Assembly (NCBI GenBank): GCA_024277615.1
Contig: JAJRUW010000075.1
Span: forward strand, 11,012 to 75,011
Direction of reading: 5' to 3'
From: Fidelibacterota bacterium
GTDB taxonomy: Bacteria > Fidelibacterota > Marinisomatia > SCGC-AAA003-L08 > JACNLC01
DNA length: 64,000 nucleotides
Shown here: positions 28,468-36,627 of the stretch, in pieces
Layout: each line of letters opens with the position of its first letter
How positions within the stretch are numbered: position 1 is the first letter of the stretch
The notes under the pieces: model-generated
What the model saw: only the letters and a program-made list of their open reading frames with translations
Database searches by the model: none
Told to the model about the DNA's origin: nothing
Made by a program: the position numbers and the translations under genes

Positions 28468-30867
28468 ATGAGCAGTTATCCATTTAAAAAAATTGAAGCG
28501 AAGTGGCAGAAACTCTGGGACGAACGGGGTGACCATCTGGTAAATATGGATGTCATTGAGAACAAGTATTATTGTCTAAATATGTTCGGGTATCCGTCCG
28601 GAAGCCAATTTCATATCGGCCATTGGTACCAGTATGGTCCCGCCGATTCTTATGCTCGTTTCCTGAAAATGAAAGGCTATAACGTCTTTCAACCCCAGGG
28701 TTTTGATGCCTTTGGTCTGCCTGCCGAGAATTATGCCATCAAGCACGGTGTACATCCGGCTGTGAGCACTGCAAGAAATATCGAAAATATGCGCCAACAG
28801 CTCAAAAGGATGGGGGGGATGTATGACTGGACCCACGAAGTTAACACATCATCTCCTGAATATTATAAATGGACTCAATGGCTGTTTTTACAACTCTTTG
28901 AAATGGGGCTGGCCTATCAAAGAGAAGCTCCGGTTAACTGGTGCCCCAGCTGTGTCACCGTTCTTGCAAATGAACAAGTGACGGACGGACTCTGTGAACG
29001 CTGCGATTCACAAGTCACAAAAAAATTCTTAAAACAGTGGTTTTTCAGGATAACCGCCTATGCCGAGGAATTACTGACTTGCCTGGAGCAACTGCAGTGG
29101 CCTGAAAAAACGAAGCACATGCAGCGTAACTGGATAGGTAAAAGTACCGGATCATCAATAAAATTCAGGTTAAAAGATTTTGATGAAGATATTGAAGTTT
29201 TCACGACACGTGCGGACACTTTATACGGTGCTACTTATTTTGTACTGGCTCCGGAACACAATCTCGTTAAAAAGATCACCAAACCCGACAGGCTCAAAGC
29301 CGTTACTGACTATATTGAAGCCACAAATAAAAAAACCGAAATTGAAAGAACCTCTGTAGAACGTGAAAAAACCGGGGTCTTTACAGGTGCTTTTGTCATT
29401 AACCCTTTGAACGGCAGAGAATTACCAGTATGGATCGCAGATTATGTCATTGCCAGCTATGGTACCGGCGCAATCATGGCAGTACCTTCAGGTGATGAAA
29501 GAGATTTTGAATTTGCCAAAAAGTTCGGTCTGGATATTATTGAAGTCGTCACACCTGACGGCAGTGAACAGGGCACAGATGTTTGTTTTACTGAATATGG
29601 TGTTGTAATCAACTCCGGAGAATACAGCGGAATGTCCTCGCAGGCGGCACAGGAAGCTATTAATCGAAAACTTTCCCATATGGGCATTGGCGGACGGAAA
29701 GTACAGTATAAATTGCATGACTGGCTCATCAGTCGTCAGCGCTATTGGGGAGCTCCCATCCCGATTGTTCATTGCGAAAAGTGTGGAGCCGTATCTGTTC
29801 CCAAAGATCAGCTGCCTGTACGGCTGCCGGACGATATAGAGTTAAAACGAACCTATGGAGATGATATTTCGCCCTTGGCACACCATGATGAATTTATGCA
29901 GACAAGTTGTCCATCCTGCGGTGCTCCTGCTTTGAGAGATGCGGACACAATGGATACTTTTGTCTGCTCTTCCTGGTATTATTTGCGATACCCGCACGCT
30001 AAATACGCTGAGTTTGCATTTGACACGGAGCACATGGATTGGCTGCCTGTTGATCAATACATTGGTGGCGTTGAGCATGCAACTATGCATTTACTGTATG
30101 CCAGATTCATTACAAAAGCTTTGAGAGATGCCGGCTTGCTGAAGTTTGATGAACCTTTTATACGGCTTTTTCATCAGGGTACCATCACAAAAGACGGTGC
30201 AAAAATGTCGAAATCGAGGGGTAATACGGTTTCTCCCGATGATTTTATCGAAAAATATGGATCGGACACATTCAGGAACTATTTGATGTTCATGGGGCCC
30301 TATGATGAAGGCGGCGACTGGAACGATAAAGGGATTACCGGAATCCATCGCTTCCTGAACAAGATCTGGCGTATTTGCCAATTCGGTGAAAGCCAGGCGA
30401 CCAAATCGGATTTAAGAATTCTCCATCAAACCATTAAAAGTGTTACCGGAGATTTGGAAAATATGAAATTCAATACTGCCATCAGCCGATTAATGGAATT
30501 AGTAAACCATCTAAATCTGAAAGAGACTGTTGACAGTATTACAAAACGGACTTTAATATTACTACTGGCTCCGTTGGCCCCGCATATAGCAGAAGAACTT
30601 TGGCAAATGGCCGGGAATCAGAGGTCGGTGTTCAGGGAAAATTGGCCCCAATATAATCCGGAACTTGGCGAAAGTGAAAAAATGAAAATTGCTCTGCAGG
30701 TCAACGGTAAATTACGGGGTGAAATAGAAGTTGAAAAAAATATTTCAAAACCCGAACTAACGGCAATGGCTAAACAGCATCGCAACATGGCCGAGCATCT
30801 AAAGGGTAAAGAAATCCTGCGTGAGGTCATCGTTCCTGGCAGGCTGGTTAACTTTGTCGTGCGCTAA
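28468..30867 (+). CDS. leuS: leucyl-tRNA synthetase
   Basis: 799 aa. HIGH-type motif (PSGSQFHIGH), CP1 editing region, and a KMSKS motif (GAKMSKSRGN). Confidence 0.95.
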   Translation: MSSYPFKKIEAKWQKLWDERGDHLVNMDVIENKYYCLNMFGYPSGSQFHIGHWYQYGPADSYARFLKMKGYNVFQPQGFDAFGLPAENYAIKHGVHPAVSTARNIENMRQQLKRMGGMYDWTHEVNTSSPEYYKWTQWLFLQLFEMGLAYQREAPVNWCPSCVTVLANEQVTDGLCERCDSQVTKKFLKQWFFRITAYAEELLTCLEQLQWPEKTKHMQRNWIGKSTGSSIKFRLKDFDEDIEVFTTRADTLYGATYFVLAPEHNLVKKITKPDRLKAVTDYIEATNKKTEIERTSVEREKTGVFTGAFVINPLNGRELPVWIADYVIASYGTGAIMAVPSGDERDFEFAKKFGLDIIEVVTPDGSEQGTDVCFTEYGVVINSGEYSGMSSQAAQEAINRKLSHMGIGGRKVQYKLHDWLISRQRYWGAPIPIVHCEKCGAVSVPKDQLPVRLPDDIELKRTYGDDISPLAHHDEFMQTSCPSCGAPALRDADTMDTFVCSSWYYLRYPHAKYAEFAFDTEHMDWLPVDQYIGGVEHATMHLLYARFITKALRDAGLLKFDEPFIRLFHQGTITKDGAKMSKSRGNTVSPDDFIEKYGSDTFRNYLMFMGPYDEGGDWNDKGITGIHRFLNKIWRICQFGESQATKSDLRILHQTIKSVTGDLENMKFNTAISRLMELVNHLNLKETVDSITKRTLILLLAPLAPHIAEELWQMAGNQRSVFRENWPQYNPELGESEKMKIALQVNGKLRGEIEVEKNISKPELTAMAKQHRNMAEHLKGKEILREVIVPGRLVNFVVR

Positions 30868-31029
30868 AAACGGTTGCTAATCCAAAAATTCTTCAAAGTG
30901 GGGAAAAGCTAAAAGTCTGCACGACAGCAAATGCTGGTTACTTTACATAATATATATTATCGGTAATTACTTCAGGCAACTATCTGAAGCCCTGTACTTA
31001 ACCGCTTACCTGATAGCGTTGTAATTATC

Positions 31030-31338
31030 CTATCCTAGTTCCGAATGCAGCCATTGCCCATAAGTCTTCTCCAGTATATCCAGATCACCACAGACAATTT
31101 CAGGGACTTCATAGGGATGCCTGTTTTTAATAATCTCCACGGCGCGCTTTAAATGATGCCGATTCGTTTTAATCAGCATCACTGTTTCCAGCTCGGTTTC
31201 TATATTACCACGCCACCAATAACTTGAGATTACATTTTTAATCAGCTGCACACAGTCAGCAGCTTTCTCTTTTAATAAATATTCTGCAATTTGCTGTGCT
31301 TTTTCGCTCTAATTAATCGATGTTAAAATAACTTTCAT
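31030..31338 (-). pseudogene. cutA: divalent-cation tolerance protein CutA with in-frame TAG at codon 10
   Basis: ATG at 31338 gives MKVILTSIN*SEKAQQIAEYLLKEKAADCVQLIKNVISSYWWRGNIE..., in one frame with ORF 31030..31251. The TAG is at 31309-31311. The ORF-track version (GTG 31251) lacks the first strand and helix of the CutA fold. Confidence 0.75.
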
Positions 31339-31415
31339 TATACTGCCCTATATTTTATGTTGCCATGAGACCTTTAAATATTGAATTCACTTTGCTAAGC
31401 CGTGTATAAAATAAT

Positions 31416-31449
31416 AAAAAAAGGGACAGTTGCCTGCCCCTTTTTTTTA
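31416..31449 (-). terminator. rho-independent terminator downstream of the 1269-aa gene (A/T-flanked, possibly bidirectional)
   Basis: The minus strand reads AAAAAAAAAGGGGCAGGCAACTGTCCCTTTTTTT. This is a GC-rich hairpin followed by a T-run, 16 nt after the stop at 31465. Confidence 0.5.
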
Positions 31450-31464
31450 CAAGTTCATGGAGTG

Positions 31465-34400
31465 TTATTTCAGCAGAGTGATCTTCTGAGTCAACACTTC
31501 ATTTGGTGTATCCATCTTTACCAGGTAAATACCTGAAGGCATGGCATTGCCATTTTTATTAGTGCCGCTCCAGACAGCCGAATAGGTTCCGGCAGATCTG
31601 AATTCATTCACCAATGTGGAAACATTCTGTCCTAACATATTATACACCGAAATATTAACCAGTCCGTCCTGCGGAAGTGTAAAACTGATGTTTGTTTCGG
31701 GGTTAAACGGATTAGGATAGTTTGACAGTAATGCATACTCATCTGCTATAGTCAGTTCGAGATAGTTTGCACCTGAAGCTGCGGTGACTTCATCAATGCT
31801 GAAATCGCCCGTGGCAGTGAAAAGTTCACTCTGCGGTGCCAGTACGACTAAGGTCGTGACGCCATCCTGAGTATTATAGTCGGCGAGATATGCATCATCT
31901 GCCATCTCAATGGCAAAGTCATCTCCATGACTGAGCTTCATATAAACTCCGCCAATATCACCATTCCCTTGGATAGAAACGCTGCCGTTATTGTTGATGA
32001 TGCTAGCAGAAGTAGCAGGTGTCGTTCTCCCTCCCTGATTCAGGACGAAGTCGATCATGATGACGATATCGAGAATATCGATATTACCATTATTATCCAT
32101 ATCCGAGTGACAGAAAGTATATTGACTGTCGTCAATAGTACCCAGAATATAGCCTACTACGGCAACAATATCGAGGACATCGATATTACCATCACCGTTA
32201 ACATCTCCGTTTCCTACACATACACCGAGACAGGAAAGAGCTGTATTGTAATCTTCGACTTCCAGAGGTGGATCTAAGGTCCACACATCGGTTGGGAAAG
32301 TATAGTCACCGAAGACGCCGTCAACCGGGCACATATATCTGGCGCGGAAACGTCCGAAGGCAAAACCACCACCTTCCTGTACACCGGTGCCGTCGGCGTC
32401 AACATATTCCCAGACATAGATCTGATGCCAGGGTGCCGGTCCGTTGATCGTGACGGTTGCGGTAAATGTACCATCGCCATTGTCAGTGGCCAGCCAGCGT
32501 GAGCCGTCGCCATTGCCATAGCCGAATCCCTGAACATAATTAAACCATTTGTCTTTCAGGATCACATAGACTTCATCTCCCGGAGTATAAAATTCATTAC
32601 CGCTCATGTCGAGATTGAAGGTCATCGTGAGTGATTGTCCTTCAGGCAATACTGCACCCGCCGGCAGGTCATAATAACCGGCCAGTGGCAGCTGCAGGAT
32701 ATCACCATCGGCGGATGGTCCGAGGTTAAAGGTTCTGTTTCCGCCGCCAAACTGCGGTGAGTCTTCCCAACCCATGTCGCCGTTGTAAAACGGACCATAA
32801 ATTGCCTCGAGATAGGCTATGGATTCTTCACTCTGATTCAGGAAGAATTTATATTCCATCTGAGTGGAAGAATAATTAGTGATGGTCAATGGCAGGGTGA
32901 AAATATTCGTACCGGGCTGACGGACCATTACGCTTTCTTCCGGGGGATCTGCATTCCAGCCGTTAAATCCACCGCGAACCTGGACTTCATCGTTCCGGGC
33001 AAGACTGAACAGCGGCATACCGGTTGCGCCGGCTTCATCAAGCCATTCACTCATATCCACTGAAAAGATAACCGTCTTGGTAACGATTTCATCTTCGATA
33101 GGTGGCTGATCATTCCAGTAAACAAAGGCCAATGTGCCGTCTTCGGTCACATCTGCCGTACGATTGCCGATTGAAGATTCCCAGCCATCAGGACCGGCGA
33201 GGAATTTATATTCAATGGCCACGCGTCCGGGAACAAAATGATATGTTCCACCCCAGAATTCACCCGTACCTTCATCCGTTAGTGGTTCAGCAGACCAGCC
33301 GTTCATTGTTCCGGCAATATACATGGTAGTACCATCATACTGAGGAATTCCGGCAGTACTGACGCGGAAGTAAATATCAATATCGTCTGTGACATCATAG
33401 GGTGGTGTGTTTCCGGCTTCCCAGTAATCGATGGGAAGATCGATTGGCAGGCCATCTCCGGAGACGGCAAAACTGCGGTTACTGGTTGATTCCCATTGGT
33501 CGCCTCCCGGCGTTACGTTTACATATTTATACTCATAATTACCAACTGCGAGAGGATCTGCTGTGGTAAATGACCAATAGTCGCCGCCATCATTTGTAAT
33601 TTCCCAATCGACACCCGACCAGCCATTCATGCTGCCGCGGATCACGATTGTATTGGTACTGTCAGTGAATCCCGGTGCGGTTGAAGTATTGAGATGGAAG
33701 GTCACCAGACTCGGGTTAGTGTCAGCCGGACAGGCATCAGCCAAATTAAAGCAGACTACCGGCAGGACAGTGTCCACGTCGGGTACGAGCAATGATCTGT
33801 TAGAGGACTCGTCCGCACCCCAGGCATTGCCGTTGATAAATTTATACTCAACAGTTTCGCCCGGATTCAGGCTCAGTGTTACAGCATAGACGGCATCAGT
33901 AACGAGAGTCAATTCGATTCCTGCAGGATCCCAGAAGGGGTACGGGTCGGGGAAACCACCGGCGACATGTACTCCATCGCCTGACACAGTTTCCAGAGCC
34001 ATATCCACCTGGAAGGTTATTTCAACAGTGGTGGTACCACCTGAAACAGCAATATCAGCTTCTGATCTGGGCTGTAATTTATAAGCACCGTAGCTGTAGT
34101 CTCCCACGCCGGTAACGTCATAGGAAGTCCCGAGTTCAGGCAAGAATGCAAACAGTTTATCATCCACTACGGCGGGACCGGAACCGTCATCAACGGACCA
34201 TTCACCGTATCCCAGGTCGGCGTTGTCACAATTTGAGTTTGTAAACGAGACCAACACACCTTCATAGGCTTCCAGGAAGTCACCTGTTGAAATTGCTGCG
34301 GGGTCCGGTAGAACATCACGGGCTGAGTTAAGCGTAAATCCGGTGATATTACTGATCTCTGTGAGACCATAATATTCCGAGACACTACCAACTATGGTGA

Positions 34401-35274
34401 TATTGTTGCCTTCGGCAACGGTATTTGCACTGTCGTAAACGTAAACACCATTCCAGGCCCCTGAGCCATCCTGTAACCAGTAGCCGGTTCCGGGATATAC
34501 TGCAGTAACCACGCCGGTTGTTTCGACCCATTCACCCTCCCAGGGTGATGCATCGACCTGCCCCTGGATGTCATAAATAGTGACAGCTGAGGCATAAGCA
34601 CAGGAACCGTCATCAACGGTTGCATCCGGGTTATAATTGGCCGCTAAGGGATCAGTACAGCCGGGGATATCACTCGGTGGTGTTATGTGCCAGCCGATGT
34701 AATCAAAGGTATCCTGATCGTAAACTATCCATTCAGAATCGTCTGCATTTGTTCCTGCGGATGCGTACCAGTCCGTATTTCCGCTCGTGATGGCATCTTT
34801 ACGAACCAGGGTGTGGTTTTTAGTTGCTTCTGTAACACCTGCAACATCCCACCCTGCGCCCGGGTCACCATCCCAGTTGCCGATCCAGTCGAGGACAACA
34901 AAATCAGCCTCGGTACCCTGAACCAGGGCAAATCCGTCATCTCCGTTGCTGAGATAATTGAAGGTCTGGTCACAAGCCGAAAGAATTTCCGGTCCCGCAC
35001 TACCGTGACAAACGACGAATACACCACCGGGAGCAACCATTGCACCATCGTCAAAGGTGTTCCAATATTCGTACTCGCCTGGTACAGTCGGAGCATTTGA
35101 AACATTAGGAAATGCATAACCTGAGAGATCAATGGGAGCGTCGGTCGGGTTATAGATTTCCAGTGCTTTGTTATTGCTGCTGCCTTCAATATATTCGGAA
35201 AAGAACAAACCTTGGGCAGATAGCATTGACATGATGCCTAAAAGCATAAATGTCAATTTTAGCATCTTTTTCAT
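31465..35274 (-). CDS. secreted 1269-aa protein: lamin-tail-like N-domain, ~5 CBM20-like beta-sandwich modules, dockerin-like pair, T9SS C-terminal sorting domain
   Basis: Signal peptide. FFSEYIEGSSNNKALEIYNPTDAPIDLSGY (LTD-type). Repeated V.F.VDM...G.W....EYKF....WE...NR modules. GDVNGDGNIDVLDIVAVV...DMDNNGNIDILDIVIMI. C-terminal NYPNPFNPETNISFTLP...QKITLLK. Confidence 0.85.
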   Translation of the reverse strand: MKKMLKLTFMLLGIMSMLSAQGLFFSEYIEGSSNNKALEIYNPTDAPIDLSGYAFPNVSNAPTVPGEYEYWNTFDDGAMVAPGGVFVVCHGSAGPEILSACDQTFNYLSNGDDGFALVQGTEADFVVLDWIGNWDGDPGAGWDVAGVTEATKNHTLVRKDAITSGNTDWYASAGTNADDSEWIVYDQDTFDYIGWHITPPSDIPGCTDPLAANYNPDATVDDGSCAYASAVTIYDIQGQVDASPWEGEWVETTGVVTAVYPGTGYWLQDGSGAWNGVYVYDSANTVAEGNNITIVGSVSEYYGLTEISNITGFTLNSARDVLPDPAAISTGDFLEAYEGVLVSFTNSNCDNADLGYGEWSVDDGSGPAVVDDKLFAFLPELGTSYDVTGVGDYSYGAYKLQPRSEADIAVSGGTTTVEITFQVDMALETVSGDGVHVAGGFPDPYPFWDPAGIELTLVTDAVYAVTLSLNPGETVEYKFINGNAWGADESSNRSLLVPDVDTVLPVVCFNLADACPADTNPSLVTFHLNTSTAPGFTDSTNTIVIRGSMNGWSGVDWEITNDGGDYWSFTTADPLAVGNYEYKYVNVTPGGDQWESTSNRSFAVSGDGLPIDLPIDYWEAGNTPPYDVTDDIDIYFRVSTAGIPQYDGTTMYIAGTMNGWSAEPLTDEGTGEFWGGTYHFVPGRVAIEYKFLAGPDGWESSIGNRTADVTEDGTLAFVYWNDQPPIEDEIVTKTVIFSVDMSEWLDEAGATGMPLFSLARNDEVQVRGGFNGWNADPPEESVMVRQPGTNIFTLPLTITNYSSTQMEYKFFLNQSEESIAYLEAIYGPFYNGDMGWEDSPQFGGGNRTFNLGPSADGDILQLPLAGYYDLPAGAVLPEGQSLTMTFNLDMSGNEFYTPGDEVYVILKDKWFNYVQGFGYGNGDGSRWLATDNGDGTFTATVTINGPAPWHQIYVWEYVDADGTGVQEGGGFAFGRFRARYMCPVDGVFGDYTFPTDVWTLDPPLEVEDYNTALSCLGVCVGNGDVNGDGNIDVLDIVAVVGYILGTIDDSQYTFCHSDMDNNGNIDILDIVIMIDFVLNQGGRTTPATSASIINNNGSVSIQGNGDIGGVYMKLSHGDDFAIEMADDAYLADYNTQDGVTTLVVLAPQSELFTATGDFSIDEVTAASGANYLELTIADEYALLSNYPNPFNPETNISFTLPQDGLVNISVYNMLGQNVSTLVNEFRSAGTYSAVWSGTNKNGNAMPSGIYLVKMDTPNEVLTQKITLLK

Positions 35275-35520
35275 AAAAGAATTCCTCCTTGTTATTTGAA
35301 TATATACTTTATCATATTTTTGGTATCGTAACTATGGGGATAGTTACCGAATACAGTAATTTACAACAGCTATAGTCACAAATTCATTAATTGATTTATT
35401 CTCCACGAGAACTATTTGCGACCTAACTGTTTTGTTAACTCGTTAATTCTATCAGCATCACCTCCTTTTTCTATTAAACTGCTTAAGTTGATTGTTTCCT
35501 GTTTCTCAATATTTACAGAT

Positions 35521-36624
35521 TCAATGGTCATTTAATTTTTCATCCGTTTCAGCATCGAAAAGATGAATCTTTGCCTGATCAATTTTTACGTTGATCTTCT
35601 CCCCCGTTTTTATTTGCAGATTGCCATCAAAATTCGCTGTGAGGTGAAGCCCGCTTACAATCAGATGCGCCAGCAGGCTCGACCCCAGAGGTTCGGTTAT
35701 CTCTACCTCTGCCCTGAAAGTCAGTCCTGACTCTTCAGCGGAACCCTGCTTCAAAACAGGAATGATATCTTCAGGCCGGATTCCCAGGACGACCCTGCGT
35801 TCACTGCTCGCCGGTAAAGTATGCTGCCCGAGATTAATTTGGAAATCTCTGACTCTGAAAATATGACCGCTTACATTTCCGGGAATGATGCTTCCTTCGA
35901 TAAAATTCATCTGGGGTGTACCGATGAACCCGGCAACAAATTTGTTTTTCGGCCTGTCATAGGTGGCTTTTGGTGTGTCCAGTTGTTCGATATTGCCGCG
36001 GTTCATCACGGCAATACGGTCGCCCATCGTCATGGCCTCCACCTGGTCATGGGTAACATAGATCATGGTTGTAGTCAACAACTTATGCAGGCGTTTAATC
36101 TCAATGCGCATCTCAGAGCGTAATTTAGCATCGAGATTCGAAAGAGGTTCATCGAATAAAAATACTTTTGGTTTTCGTACAAGCGCCCGCCCCAGGGCAA
36201 CCCGCTGGCGCTGTCCTCCCGAGAGTTCCCGGGGTTTTCGCTCCAACAGGTCTGCGATTTGCAGAATATCAGCCGCCTCTTCAACCCGCTTCCTGATTAA
36301 GTCCGGATTCTGTTTCCGGATCTTCAGACCGAAGGCCATATTTTCATAGACATTCATGTGAGGATACAGTGCGTAATTTTGGAAAACCATCGCAATATCC
36401 CGATCTTTCGGGTCCACATCAGTGACTTTTGTATCTCCGATATAAATCTCTCCGGAAGTCGGTGCTTCCAGACCTGCAACGAGCCTTAAAGTAGTGGACT
36501 TGCCACAACCGGAAGGACCGACGAGTACGAGGAATTCTCCGTCTTCAATCTGGAGGTTGATATCTGATAGTACGGCAGTGCTGCCAAATGATTTGTGTAT
36601 GGATTTCAGAGAAACTAAACTCAT
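35521..36624 (-). CDS. sugar ABC transporter ATP-binding protein (MalK/MsiK/UgpC type)
   Basis: Walker A GPSGCGKST, signature LSGGQRQR, Walker B FLFDEPLSNLD, and a C-terminal TOBE-like regulatory domain. Confidence 0.9.
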   Translation of the reverse strand: MSLVSLKSIHKSFGSTAVLSDINLQIEDGEFLVLVGPSGCGKSTTLRLVAGLEAPTSGEIYIGDTKVTDVDPKDRDIAMVFQNYALYPHMNVYENMAFGLKIRKQNPDLIRKRVEEAADILQIADLLERKPRELSGGQRQRVALGRALVRKPKVFLFDEPLSNLDAKLRSEMRIEIKRLHKLLTTTMIYVTHDQVEAMTMGDRIAVMNRGNIEQLDTPKATYDRPKNKFVAGFIGTPQMNFIEGSIIPGNVSGHIFRVRDFQINLGQHTLPASSERRVVLGIRPEDIIPVLKQGSAEESGLTFRAEVEITEPLGSSLLAHLIVSGLHLTANFDGNLQIKTGEKINVKIDQAKIHLFDAETDEKLNDH

Positions 36625-36627
36625 GTG

